Counted from the stretch's first letter, positions 39,986 to 50,627 are shown. The stretch is 64,000 nt of DNA from Candidatus Latescibacterota bacterium (GCA_965200315.1 OZ241362.1:576001-640000), one strand, 5' to 3'. Notes: generated by a model from the sequence alone, not told the origin. Numbers and translations are program-made.

Positions 39986-41188
39986 TCAAAGGGCTGACAC
40001 TGGAATTGACAAGGCCCCTTCTGCCAGCGGCAGCGAGTGTTCGGCCAAGCAGATCACGCCGCCACCGCCTACGGGCTGTTTTAATTTTTGTAGGGCTTGG
40101 AAGTGGCGGATGTGGTCTTTGTGGGGCGAAGCGGTCTTTTTGAATTCCAGCGGATAGAGCGTGCCGTCCTGCACGATGAGCAGGTCAATTTCCTTGCCGT
40201 CTCGGTTCCTGTAATAATAGAACGGGGCTAGGCGGCCGTTGTGCCGGTAGCTTTTCAGCAGTTCACTCACGATCCAAGACTCCAAGATGGGGCCGGACAT
40301 AGCCCCGGCTTCGAGTGTTTCGGGGCTAGCCCATTCGGTGAGGTAGGCGCATAGCCCGGTATCGACAAAATAGAGCTTGGGGCTTTTCACCAGCCGCTTG
40401 GTCAGATTTGTATAATACGGCTCCAACAGATAGACCACGCCCGAAGCCTGTAAAATCGACAGCCAGGTTTTGGCGGTATTGGGAGCGACATCCGCATCGC
40501 GTGCCAAGTCCGAAAAGTTTAGCATGTGCCCGGTCCGGGCCGCCGCCGCCCTAAGAAAGCGCAGAAAAGACAGCTCATCGCCCACTCGGGCGAGGTCGCG
40601 AATGTCGCGCTGGAGGTACGTCTGCAAATAGGCACTATAAAAAAGGCCCCAATCCATTTGCTCATCCAACGCAATGGCGGGAAAATCGCCGCGCCATATC
40701 AGCCGATAGAGTTCCTTTAAGCCGAGGGGTCTGCCTGCGTGGAGCCTATCTGGAGTCGGCAAAAACGGCCCCACCGCTCCCTCGCCCAGCCGCTCGCGCC
40801 GCGAAAGCCCCAAAAGCTGCACGAGGCCCACCCGCCCGGCCAAGGATTCGGATACGCCTTGCATCAGGTGAAATTGCTGAGAACCTATAAGCCAGAATTG
40901 ACCGGGTGTGCGCTCGCGATCTACGGCCATTTTGATATAGGGTAGTAGCTGGGGCGCGTATTGGATTTCGTCAATGAGCACTGGCGGCGCGAATCGCTGC
41001 ATGAACAGGGCGGGATCTTCTCGCGCCAAGCTCTGGAGGAGGGGATCGTCGAGGGTGACGTAGGTTCGGTCTGGTTTGCTTACCTGACGCAACAGAGTAG
41101 TCTTGCCGACCTGCCTAGCTCCACAGACCATGAGTACGGGAAATCGGCAAGACGCAACGAAGGCTTCAAGAGTTCGGGAAACGTACAT
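39986..41188 (-). CDS. AAA_14 ATPase with DUF4143 domain
   Basis: GARQVGKTT, IDEIQ, ESLAGR, PKLYFVDTGL, EIDL. Confidence 0.92.
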   Translation of the reverse strand: MYVSRTLEAFVASCRFPVLMVCGARQVGKTTLLRQVSKPDRTYVTLDDPLLQSLAREDPALFMQRFAPPVLIDEIQYAPQLLPYIKMAVDRERTPGQFWLIGSQQFHLMQGVSESLAGRVGLVQLLGLSRRERLGEGAVGPFLPTPDRLHAGRPLGLKELYRLIWRGDFPAIALDEQMDWGLFYSAYLQTYLQRDIRDLARVGDELSFLRFLRAAAARTGHMLNFSDLARDADVAPNTAKTWLSILQASGVVYLLEPYYTNLTKRLVKSPKLYFVDTGLCAYLTEWASPETLEAGAMSGPILESWIVSELLKSYRHNGRLAPFYYYRNRDGKEIDLLIVQDGTLYPLEFKKTASPHKDHIRHFQALQKLKQPVGGGGVICLAEHSLPLAEGALSIPVSAL

Positions 41189-41192
41189 ACGG

Positions 41193-41247
41193 CCTCTAAT
41201 TATCGGCTATTTTGCAATCGCACTGCAAGATAGCCGATAATTAGAGG
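41193..41247. promoter_or_regulatory. 24-bp inverted repeat directly upstream of the AAA_14 gene
   Basis: CCTCTAATTATCGGCTATTTTGCA / TGCAAGATAGCCGATAATTAGAGG, one mismatch. Confidence 0.7.
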
Positions 41248-41302
41248 ATGTCAAGGAAGCTGTAGCAAGGATTTCAAGGGCCGTATCTGTGGCGTCAGCC
41301 GT

Positions 41303-41851
41303 TTAGCATATATCGCCAATATTCAACGCCAAGCCCGGCAAGGTCGGCGAAGTCAAGGTCGCTCCTTGGCCATAGGTATCCACGCCCTCGTATCCGCACT
41401 CGCCCAGCAGCAGAACCGTTATGTCTTTTGCGGCAGGGTCCACTATCCAGTATTCGCTCACGCCGTGCTTGGCATACAGCGTACGCTTGAATTTCTTGTC
41501 GCGTTCAGCGGTGGAGGGAGACAGGATTTCGACGACTAAGTCCGGCCCCCCCTGAATGTTCGCCGGCGTGATGATGTGGACGCGCTCATTGGAGACGAAC
41601 AGCAGATCGGGCTGCACCACGTCCACGTCCGACAGCACCACGTCGAAGGGCGCGAGATAGACCCGCCCCAAACTGTTCTCAGACACGAATTGAACCAATT
41701 TCCACCCTAGCAGAGCGGAAATGCTCTGATGACGTTCACTAGGCGCAGGGGTCATAAACAACTCTCCGTCCAGCAACTCGTAGCGCTTGTCTTCCGGTGC
41801 GTTCAGGTAGTCTTCGTAGGTAAACTTGACTAGGGGATTGGGGATAGCCAT
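41303..41851 (-). CDS. Uma2 family endonuclease
   Basis: RYELLDG, VQPDLLF, PDLVVEILSPST, GVSEYWIVDP. Confidence 0.92.
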   Translation of the reverse strand: MAIPNPLVKFTYEDYLNAPEDKRYELLDGELFMTPAPSERHQSISALLGWKLVQFVSENSLGRVYLAPFDVVLSDVDVVQPDLLFVSNERVHIITPANIQGGPDLVVEILSPSTAERDKKFKRTLYAKHGVSEYWIVDPAAKDITVLLLGECGYEGVDTYGQGATLTSPTLPGLALNIGDIC

Positions 41852-42194
41852 GATTGCCGTCCTCTCTGGCGATGCGTTGCTTGCGCGGCGCAGGGCGCAT
41901 GGTCCAAAGCTGCTTGCGTCACTTTAGGGTCTTCATCCCGATAATCGCATATAATTTGCGCCTTCCTTCAGCGGCGATCCGTATTTATGCGTCAATAAGA
42001 CAGACGCTCTGAGCATTGTCAACTCAATAGCGGGGTTCTCGCGCATGCGGAGGCGGTCACCTGCACCAACAAGCTACGACCGACGGGCTGTACCGTTGCA
42101 GAGTACGCCGGTCTTGGCTATTGTGGGGCTTGCGTCTGTAGGCGTTTCGTAGTTCGTACCTGTTTGGACCTGTTCAAGAAATGGAGTTTTCTTT

Positions 42195-42440
42195 ATGGAC
42201 TACAGAGTACCCCTCGTCCTGACGCCACAGCCTGAAGGCGGATACACGGTGACCTCTCCTGTGTTCCCAGAATTGATAACAGAAGGGGATTCTATCGATG
42301 AGGCATTGAGAAACGTCGCCGATGCGTTTGCTGCCGTTATTGAGCTATATGAAGACCTAGGACGCTCACTCCCTCAGAATACCCAGATTCTCGATGCAAA
42401 TGGCCCCGTGTGGTTGGAAACGGTGGTATCCACCTCGTGA
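42195..42440 (+). CDS. hicB: HicB family antitoxin (short form)
   Basis: EGGYTVTSPVFPELITEGDSIDEAL. Confidence 0.85.
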   Translation: MDYRVPLVLTPQPEGGYTVTSPVFPELITEGDSIDEALRNVADAFAAVIELYEDLGRSLPQNTQILDANGPVWLETVVSTS

Positions 42441-42649
42441 AATATCGCGAAGTGGTGAGGAAACTATCAGTCTTGGGGTGTCGAGAACGTGTGCGTAAAG
42501 GGGGCGGTTCCCATCGGAAATGGATTGATCCTATTTCTCAACAAGCCACTGTTATTCCAGATTGGGGCAATCGCGATCTGAAATTGGGAACGATTCGCGC
42601 TGCGGTTCGACAATTGGGAATCGATTGGCAACGCTTCTTAGATGCCTAG
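42437..42649 (+). CDS. hicA: HicA family toxin
   Basis: GTG start overlapping hicB stop; GGGSHRKW, DLKLGTIRA. Confidence 0.85.
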   Translation: MKYREVVRKLSVLGCRERVRKGGGSHRKWIDPISQQATVIPDWGNRDLKLGTIRAAVRQLGIDWQRFLDA

Positions 42650-42945
42650 CAGCTTGTTGAAGGTTCTGTCCTAGCCTCTTTGATCCTCAGATCCCCTCTT
42701 GGGCGACGAGGTGCCGCTCCAGCCGATCAGTCAGCCCCATCAGCTCAGCGACCTTGGCGACGATGCGTTGCTTGCGTGACACATCCAAATCCGCTTGCAT
42801 CATTTTAGGTATTCATCCCGATAACCAGCGGTTGGCCAAGAAGAGAAATTTTGCCTCGCGCTTGGAAATAGCACGGGTTCCAAGCATTGTCAACTCGACA
42901 GCGGGATTCTCGCGCATGCCGAGGTCGCCTGCACCAATGTTCGCC

Positions 42946-42974
42946 TTGACATTGGAATATAAATACTATACTTT
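42946..42974 (+). promoter_or_regulatory. Sigma70-like promoter
   Basis: TTGACA-17 nt-TACTTT upstream of ATG 43008. Confidence 0.55.
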
Positions 42975-43007
42975 TGTTCAGTTATTTTATTCAAACAGGG
43001 GATTCCC

Positions 43008-44141
43008 ATGGCTCGCAAAAGCACCATCGAGTGGACCAACAGCACTTGGAACCCAGTTACCGGCTGCACAAAGGTTAGTGCCGGTTGCGACCATTGCTAT
43101 GCCGAGCGCCTTTCCGAGCGTTTCCGAGGCGTCGAAGGGCATCCTTTCGAGACCGGCTTTGACCTGACCCTACGCCCCAAGCGTCTCGAACAGCCCATGC
43201 ACTGGCGGCGTCCACAGCTCATCTTCGTCAATTCGATGAGCGATCTCTTCCACAGAGACATTCCCACCGAGTACATCGAGCGCGTATTCGACACGATGGA
43301 GCGCACCGATTGGCACATTTACCAAGTGCTTACCAAGCGGAGTTCGTTGATGCGCCGTTTCGTCCAGGGGCACTACCGGGGTCAAGCCGCTCCCCCGCAT
43401 ATCTGGCTCGGCGTGTCCGTCGAAAACCACGCGGCCTTGACGCGCCTCCGGCATCTGCAACAGACCAACGCCTCCGTCCGCTTCGTTTCCTTCGAGCCGT
43501 TGCTCGGTTCAATAGACGAGGTGGACTTGGAGGATATTCATTGGGTAATCGCCGGGGGTGAAAGCGGGCCGCGAGCACGGCCGGTGCGAGCAGAATGGGT
43601 ACGAGCCTTGCGCGACCAGTGTCAGGCTCAGCGCGTCGCCTTTTTCTTCAAGCAATGGGGCGGGCGCACACCTAAATCAGGCGGGAATACGCTCGATGGA
43701 CGCCAGTGGCTGGAGTATCCAGAAGTGGAGACCGGTCAGCAGCTTGGCAGGCCATTACAAGCTATCGGTGCGCCAGCCGATGCTGAAAATGAGCCGCAGG
43801 ATGTCGGCCCTTGGGCACGAGAGAAGCTAGAGTGCCTGCGCAAATATCTCCATGCCTACACAACCATTCTCAGTAAGCAGCCGAGGTTCAAGGGCTACTT
43901 CTACATCGATGCCTTTGCGGGACCGGGAACGCTTAAAATCCGCCGACAACAAACGGGCGATCCCGACCAGAAATTACTGCTTACTGTTTACTCATCGCAT
44001 ATAACCTCCGTTATCGTTCCGTTCTTCATCGCTGTTCTCAATGCTTTATTGTCGAGGACCAGCATCACACTGGCAAGTTTGCGAAAAGCCTGCAACTCGG
44101 CCCGTTGGATATTGGCCCGATCACCTTTAGCGAATCCATAA
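43008..44141 (+). CDS. Gp37/Gp68 (DUF5131) protein fused to a truncated three-Cys-motif-partner (TcmP-like) N-terminus
   Basis: WNPVTGCTKVSAGCDHCYAE, FVNSMSDLFH, GGESG, FFKQWGG; then VGPWAREKL...YIDAFAGPG; tail is antisense read-through of relE. Confidence 0.82.
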   Translation: MARKSTIEWTNSTWNPVTGCTKVSAGCDHCYAERLSERFRGVEGHPFETGFDLTLRPKRLEQPMHWRRPQLIFVNSMSDLFHRDIPTEYIERVFDTMERTDWHIYQVLTKRSSLMRRFVQGHYRGQAAPPHIWLGVSVENHAALTRLRHLQQTNASVRFVSFEPLLGSIDEVDLEDIHWVIAGGESGPRARPVRAEWVRALRDQCQAQRVAFFFKQWGGRTPKSGGNTLDGRQWLEYPEVETGQQLGRPLQAIGAPADAENEPQDVGPWAREKLECLRKYLHAYTTILSKQPRFKGYFYIDAFAGPGTLKIRRQQTGDPDQKLLLTVYSSHITSVIVPFFIAVLNALLSRTSITLASLRKACNSARWILARSPLANP

Positions 44142-44300
44142 ACGAAAAACGCCCTTTCGGCCATCCGGAAGAGCACAATGCTTCGGTATCCACCTGACTT
44201 GCCCTGCCCTTTCCGTGCCAGCCGCTGCTTGATTACGCCGCCGAAATCAGCATCGACGAGCCCCTTCTCGGCCTGCCAAACCGCTTTGCAAAGTATGGAT
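43988..44300 (-). pseudogene. 5'-truncated RelE/ParE family toxin
   Basis: GVIKQRLARKGQGKSGGYRSIVLF...FVYGFAK. Confidence 0.72.
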
Positions 44301-44339
44301 TAGGTTGATCGCACCTTGGGGCATCTCGCCGCGTGAGCT

Positions 44340-44753
44340 TTAACGCACTTTCGCCAATGCCCGCAAAACCGCTTGAGGCTCGCGAGCTACCACATACAGC
44401 AGCACCCGTGCTGGTCCTTGAGGCGTCCGATCTCCTCGCTCCCAGTGCCGCAGGGTGTTGAGGCTAATACCGAACGCGGCTGCAAAGGCCGTTTGCGTCA
44501 TCCCCACTTGCTCCCGAATGGCTTTTACATCCATGGTTCTCGGACCTGCCGCGTACTCGAGCATTTCAGTCAATCCTTGTTTGATACTCGCTAGCTGGTT
44601 CGCATTTTTGGCCCGAGTGATTACATCCAACGCATGGGCTATAAAAGCGGGATCATCTCCAGCTTCTTCAAGACTGGCTTCTAAGTATAATTGTATATCT
44701 TCTTCCGTTTTGAGGTACTCTGCTGAATCCCAGCGAGTAGTATTAATGGTCAT
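44340..44753 (-). CDS. Chimeric antitoxin: addiction-module antidote N-terminus plus Xre HTH
   Basis: WDSAEYLKTEEDIQLYL...ALDVITRAK joined to VKAIREQVGMTQ...WERGDRTPQGPA. Confidence 0.75.
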   Translation of the reverse strand: MTINTTRWDSAEYLKTEEDIQLYLEASLEEAGDDPAFIAHALDVITRAKNANQLASIKQGLTEMLEYAAGPRTMDVKAIREQVGMTQTAFAAAFGISLNTLRHWERGDRTPQGPARVLLYVVAREPQAVLRALAKVR

Positions 44754-45317
44754 AACTCAATTCTCCAGTTGCTTGGCCATCTCTTTGGCTTTGACAATAT
44801 CAACGAGACCAGGGCATGTTAGAACCGTCAGTACGCGCCCATAGCTTCCGAGGCCGATGACTTCCTCCCATGCGGTGATTGACCTTCGGCCCCCCAACCA
44901 AGTCGTGAGATCGGCCTCTTCCCGTCAAATGGAATTTGGTCTAAATGGCCGTCAATAAAGTAATGACCGAGTTCGTGGACAACGGCAAAGCAGGCACCTT
45001 GCCTATCCGCTCGTATCTCTCGTATCTTGAAAAATTCTTAGATGAGTACCGGCTGAAACGGCACTTTATTTTTTTTCCAAATCCTTCAAAGACATCTCAT
45101 CAATTTGCTGAGATTTCAATACGTATCCTTTGAATTCTTTTTTGAATTTTAGGAATTTACTATTTGGTATTTGTTCTGTATTGCTCATGCATCCTTTATA
45201 TTTTTCTTGTATATTGTATATCTTTTCGTTCGCCAAATCATCTGAATACTGAGCGATACGCTTCTCAAGAAAGTCTGCCTCCCTAATCCAATCTCCCCAA
45301 ATTGCTACTGATGACTG

Positions 45318-46181
45318 GTGTTGTGCTACTTTATGTGTCCACTTAAATATAGTGCTATCTTAGAGCAAATCCGTTGGGGCAATGATCCCTTTTGCCCACT
45401 ATACGGCGACCATGATGTAGCCCAAAAGGCCGAGAATCACCGCGTAGGCCGGTGGAATTGCCACGGCTGCAAATCCTCTTTTAATGTCCTGTCTGGGACC
45501 ATTTTTCAAAAGACGAAAATCCCCCTGCAAAAGTGGTTTTTGGCAATCTCTCTAATGGCCAACGCCAAAAAGAGCTTGTCGAGCTACCAGTTGGCCCACG
45601 ATCTGGAACTTAACCAGAAAGCCGCGTGGTTTATGCAGCAGCGCATCCGCGCCGCTATGGCATCCGACGAAGGGGCCTTGCTGCAAGGCATCATAGAGGC
45701 GGACGAAACCTACGTCGGGGGCCGCGCTCGTTCCCGCACGTCCAACAGGGGCAAAGGTCGCGGTCGCGGCTCTGGTAAAACGTCCGTAGTTGGAGCCGTC
45801 CAGCGCGAGGGCGAAGTCAAGGCCACTGTTACGGACGATACCAAAGGCCGGACCGTCTTAGGCTTTATCGAGCAGTCCGTTGACGTGTCTGAATCCTCGC
45901 TAATCACCGACGAGTACAAAGCCTACACCAACGCCTATAAGTTGATGCCGCACCGCACCGTCAACCACAGCGCCGAGGAATACGTTGACGCCAGCGACAA
46001 GACCCTACACACCAATACCATTGAAGGCTTTTGGTCGTTGCTCAAACGCGCTTGGTACGGCTCGCACCACAAGTACACGAAAGGCTGGTCGCCTTTGTTC
46101 GTCGCGGAAGCGGTCTGGAAGTACAACCACCGCAAAGACGCCGACGCCTTCAACGGTTTCCTCAAGGCGTGTTTCGTCTAG
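45318..46181 (+). mobile_element. IS1595-family transposase, 5' end degraded
   Basis: Zn-ribbon remnant (WNCHGC), EADETYVGG, LITDEY, VNHS, HTNTIEGFWSLLKR. Confidence 0.9.
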
Positions 46182-47568
46182 TCTGTCGCTCTAGCTCCGC
46201 AATTAACCACTCCATAGGCCGGTCGCCCTTCAAGCTGTTGCAAGCCCCGCAGAGTAGTTGAAGGTTGTCGGGGTGGTCTGTACCGCCTTTGGAGCGCGGT
46301 ACGATGTGGTCGATATGGAAGCTGTGGAATGGGAAGGCGAACCGGCAGCCGGTGCAGTGGCCTTTCTGCTTGCCGAATAGGGTTTGCCGGTGCGTCCTAT
46401 ACGGCACTAGCTTACCTTGATCGGTGCGACGCGGTTGATCGGTGCGGTGCGTTATGCGAAATAGGCCCCCAATTTCGCGTTCTTTTACCGCTCGCAATTG
46501 CACCAGCTCTGCTGCTTTTTCGCTTAGGTCAATCCCTACCCATTCACGGCCCCGCAATTCAGCCGCTACCAGTGTTGTAGCGCAGCCACAGAAGGGATCT
46601 ATCACCAGCATTGCTGCTAGCCTGAATAATCCAGTCCAATAAAGCGCGTGGTTTTTGAGTTGGATACCCTACCCACTCTTTGCCCTTGTTATAGTTAGTG
46701 AATCCTATCGGGTTTAATATCAGGCTTTGAGGCGGGTTGCCTTTATCTGAGGCTGCGTATCTCTTTAGGCCGGGCCATTTCCCTGTTGTTGGATGGTGGA
46801 TTAATCCAGCCGCATCTAGGGCGTCTAGACGCTCTTGGACACCTTTAATACTGCGATAGTTTGGGATAAAGTGCTGTTCGATGTACTCCGCATACGCACC
46901 CGTCTTAGGAGGTGACCAACAACGGCCTCGCGCGTACATATCATAGCCATTCCAAGGCTGGGTACTGGGCCGGATATGCCTTCTTAATTTCCTCGGTAGA
47001 CTTGGGCGTTGCGATAGCCGCACCGTTCCATGTCCAATTATCGCTATTGGTATAGAATAGGATGTGATCTAAGTTGCGGCCGTACCGCTTAGAATCGTTA
47101 TGAGCGGTTGCCCTTCGCCAGACGATATGATTACGAAATCGTCCTGTTCTAAACACAGCATCACATGTCAGCTTGAGATAGTGAACGACAATATCATCGC
47201 AATGCACGTACAGACTGCCCGTATCCTTGAGAACGCGCCGCATCTCTAGCAGCCGCGCCGCCATCATAATCAAGTACGATTTCATGCTCTTACCGTGCGC
47301 GGTGCTGGCGGCATCAATGACGGAATACAGGGCCGGTTCCGTCTCGGCTATAAGGCCGTGTAGAGCCTCGTCCACATCGTCCAGTGTCCAAGTATCCTTA
47401 GAACGCCGCGCCCGCAGCCTCAGAGCCTATCGGAGCCGAATAGGTGCGATTAGAGTTGAACGGTGGGTCGCAGTAAATCAGATCAACGCAAGCGGAGTTC
47501 ATTCCCCGCATAATGTCGGGTTTATCGCCCGTCCATATCGTCCGATTCTTCCAGTTAGGCGCACTCAT
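46162..47568 (-). pseudogene. N4/N6 DNA methyltransferase-HNH fusion, frameshifted
   Basis: MSAPNWKNRTIWTGD...DLIYCDPPFN, YPTQKP, DPFCGCAT, HIDHIVP...CGACN across four frame segments. Confidence 0.85.
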
Positions 47569-47810
47569 TAGGAGCCGTACTCCGTCCTATGGGCATCGCA
47601 CCACCGGCATCCTTCAAGGGAAATCCAGCCGTACGAGTGGCCCGTCATGAAACAACTGTGCCACTTGTGCTTACCTCTACGGCACAAGAGTAGTCGCGGA
47701 ATCCACAACCAGAAGGGCCGGACTCGACGTTTGAGCCGAGGCCATACACGCCAAGGCTTGACAGTCCAAAGCGCAGACAGTATCGTGCATGCAGCTATAG
47801 CTAGTTCCAT
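47568..47810 (-). CDS. Small hypothetical protein
   Basis: SD AGGAGG, N-terminal hydrophobic stretch, Cys/His-rich C-terminus. Confidence 0.5.
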   Translation of the reverse strand: MELAIAACTILSALWTVKPWRVWPRLKRRVRPFWLWIPRLLLCRRGKHKWHSCFMTGHSYGWISLEGCRWCDAHRTEYGS

Positions 47811-47869
47811 CTTTTTCCTCCTACGGTTATCAGCACCGTGCCATTAATGTAACCGTTATTACTTATCTG

Positions 47870-48256
47870 TTAAGCCCCTAAAGACTTATTGCCTTCTTTA
47901 AAGTCCGACTGGCCCGTGCGGTCGTGGAACAGAAAGGCGGCGCCATTGGACGAAAACACAAACGGCACGTCGAGAGCTTTGGCATAGCCCAGTGCCTGCT
48001 GCATCCCGCCGCCGACCGGGTGGCTGTTGTCCTTGGCTTCGACCACGGCGAGCGGAAGGTTGGGTTGATAAAACAATAAATAGTCAGCGCGCTTCTTCTT
48101 ACCCCGCAAGCCCAGCTTGCCCCGCACAATGACCCGGCCCTCAGTAAAGGTGTATTCGCGGCGAATTTGCGTACTCTGATTCCACCCGGCCCCGATGATC
48201 GCCGGGGTGATGCAGGCGTCGCATATCTCCGCTTCGTTCAGGAGCTTCTTGTTCAT
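47870..48256 (-). pseudogene. hsdR: Truncated type I restriction R subunit N-terminus (EcoAI/EcoEI-like)
   Basis: ITPAIIGAGW, RADYLLF, VEAK, QQALGYA, FSSNG; no helicase domain. Confidence 0.82.
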
Positions 48257-48344
48257 CCCTAGGGCTCAAATCGCATAATCGTGTATAACGGAGTCGATAC
48301 AAATTCGGCTAAGCACCCCATTTTTGCAAAAGGGCCGTCCTCCC

Positions 48345-50492
48345 TCACCCCAAAACATACACCGGACTCGACCAAGCCATCTGCCCGTCGCACTGGATGG
48401 CCTTGACGAAATAAGCGGCCGGCCCCTCCCCCGGCGGCTGATCCACAGTCTCCAACGCCAACTCCAGCGCATCCACCCGCTCGGGATAGCGCCGCACCAC
48501 CAACTGCATGTCCAAGCCACCGTAGTCGAAGCGCAGCGGCTCGTGGCCCAGCCCCGCCAGCTCAACCTCGGTCGTCCCCGCCGCCGACTCAAACACCACG
48601 CGGCCGACCTGCCCATCGTCCAACACCAGCTCAATCCCGTCGCAATCGCCCGTGGTCTGCGATTGAAACGCCACGGCCTGCGGCTCTATCGCAGTGAGCC
48701 CGTCGGCCGCGGAGTCAAAGCTAACCGGGATCGCCTCCAAGATAGTCGCCTGCGTGGTGCGGATAACCCCAGACCAATCCACCCGCCGGCCGCGCCCGCG
48801 CATCCGCGAGCCAGACCACAGCAGGCGTACCCTGTTGGAATGCCCCAAATCCCGGAACTCAGGCGGCTGCACCTCGGAGAGCAACGTCCGACCGCGATAC
48901 ACTTGTAGCGCCTCCAGCGGTGCCGCCCCCACCACCCGAGCGCGAATATCCACCGAGTCCACATCTTGCACCACCGCCCCCATGAGCGCACCAGCTATCT
49001 GTACATCGAGCAGTATGCGCACACCAGTCGTGCCGTAACAGCGCCGACTGCATAGAGCCTCCCACACGCCCGCGCGCGACAACTCGCCAGCCAACACGCA
49101 AGTCAAACCACCGGCCATGCCAAACTCGCCGGCTCCCGGCCCTTCGGCCCCGGGCCGCCCCTTGTGGCCGTCGCTGTTGCACATGACCCCGACCACGTGG
49201 CCGCAGTCCAGCGCGTCGAACAGCATCCACTCGAACATGCCCCAGCCCGAGACGATCTCCACCAGATTGTGCGCTTGCGGGTCGAAATACGCCTTGACAT
49301 CGGCCCAGCGCCCGCCCACGTGCGAACCGATAATCACTTGGTCGCGCGGTACCAAGCGAGCGAGGCGGGCGAACAACACATCGGCCGGATGCGCCGGCGA
49401 CACCGCGTCTTCGGGCACGTGCGGGATCTGCCAGTGGCTGTTGCGCACAATGGGCAGCCCCTCGGCCAAGTAAAAGACGTTGCGATCCCCGCCGGCCGGC
49501 GAATTGGCCGACCACTCGTAGCCGGGAAAGACGACAAACTCGCCGTCCCGGTGAAAAGCCCGCACCGTCTCGTTGAGCCGCTGCCAGTCCTCGTCGTCAA
49601 CCTGAAAATCATTGCCCTGATGAGAGGCAAAATCCACCCGCGCCCAGTCGCGGGCAAAAGCGAAGTACTCCTCTTCAGTGCCCACGCCGACCGTGGCGTC
49701 GGATTGGGCGTGCAAATCCCCCCAGTAGCGACGCCACTGAGGCGCGGCCTCAGAAACAGCAACTGGATTGCTGTAACAGCGCAAGCCCCCGGCGGCCGCC
49801 ATCAGCCGTCCACGACCCGCAGCGCAAAAGGACACCGTACACCCCTCGACCACGACCTCCCCTTCCCCTTCCCAGCCCAGTTCAACCGGACCTGTTACCG
49901 CCATCGGATTGCCCCACCTATCCTGCCCTTTGACAAAGACTTCGACCGCTTCCCCCACCACCGCCTCGCTCGGCGCGATGCACATCAATTTTACGGCCTC
50001 ACCCGCGACAATGGGAAACTTGGGCGAATCCGCCACGGCCCGAGCTACCGACGCATTAGTCGGATCGACGAAAACTCGGAACTCGTGGGCCGACTCGACA
50101 AAGGTCTGCACCCGAATCCCCGGCGAGCCGCCGCTGCGCTCGCCTAATACCAAGGTCACGGTATCGCCGGGCGCGAGAAAGCCGTCGTACACATCAATCA
50201 CCACGCACCAGCGCATCCACGGCCGCTCGTGTCCCTTGGGGGCAAAGCGCGGCGCTAGCTTGGCCGCTCCATTGGTCTGCACCGTGCAATAAGCTGGCGC
50301 GGCTGGATCGCTGAACTGGGCCGGCTGCATGTCGCAGGCAAAGCGCTGGGCGATCTTAATGGTGCCGCGCTCGTCAATGCCCAAGCTGCCCACGGTCAGG
50401 GTCAAGGTCCATTGCTGATAGCTGCCGGCCACCACCGGCGCGCAAGGTTCCAGCATCACCGTCCCCAGCCGTTGTCGCCATTGCTGACTCAT
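48345..50492 (-). CDS. DUF3604-like PHP metallohydrolase
   Basis: YWGDLHAQS, GYEWS, SDGHKGRPG, RRCYGTTG, WSSPV. Confidence 0.8.
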   Translation of the reverse strand: MSQQWRQRLGTVMLEPCAPVVAGSYQQWTLTLTVGSLGIDERGTIKIAQRFACDMQPAQFSDPAAPAYCTVQTNGAAKLAPRFAPKGHERPWMRWCVVIDVYDGFLAPGDTVTLVLGERSGGSPGIRVQTFVESAHEFRVFVDPTNASVARAVADSPKFPIVAGEAVKLMCIAPSEAVVGEAVEVFVKGQDRWGNPMAVTGPVELGWEGEGEVVVEGCTVSFCAAGRGRLMAAAGGLRCYSNPVAVSEAAPQWRRYWGDLHAQSDATVGVGTEEEYFAFARDWARVDFASHQGNDFQVDDEDWQRLNETVRAFHRDGEFVVFPGYEWSANSPAGGDRNVFYLAEGLPIVRNSHWQIPHVPEDAVSPAHPADVLFARLARLVPRDQVIIGSHVGGRWADVKAYFDPQAHNLVEIVSGWGMFEWMLFDALDCGHVVGVMCNSDGHKGRPGAEGPGAGEFGMAGGLTCVLAGELSRAGVWEALCSRRCYGTTGVRILLDVQIAGALMGAVVQDVDSVDIRARVVGAAPLEALQVYRGRTLLSEVQPPEFRDLGHSNRVRLLWSGSRMRGRGRRVDWSGVIRTTQATILEAIPVSFDSAADGLTAIEPQAVAFQSQTTGDCDGIELVLDDGQVGRVVFESAAGTTEVELAGLGHEPLRFDYGGLDMQLVVRRYPERVDALELALETVDQPPGEGPAAYFVKAIQCDGQMAWSSPVYVLG

Positions 50493-50627
50493 CTGCTAAA
50501 CTCCTGTATCTCCGCGTGGTCGAACCGTCCTCGTAAAAATTTCCGGCCGCTTTTCTCCACAGCCTCTTTTTTCGCTAACTTAATCGGCATTATAAATCGA
50601 AATCCGACCCCGAGAAAGGATCGCAGC

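Larger units (their letters stand above)
41869..42937. repeat. Bipartite imperfect direct repeats flanking hicBA
   Basis: 41869-41944 resembles 42761-42824; 42012-42069 resembles 42883-42937. Confidence 0.7.
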
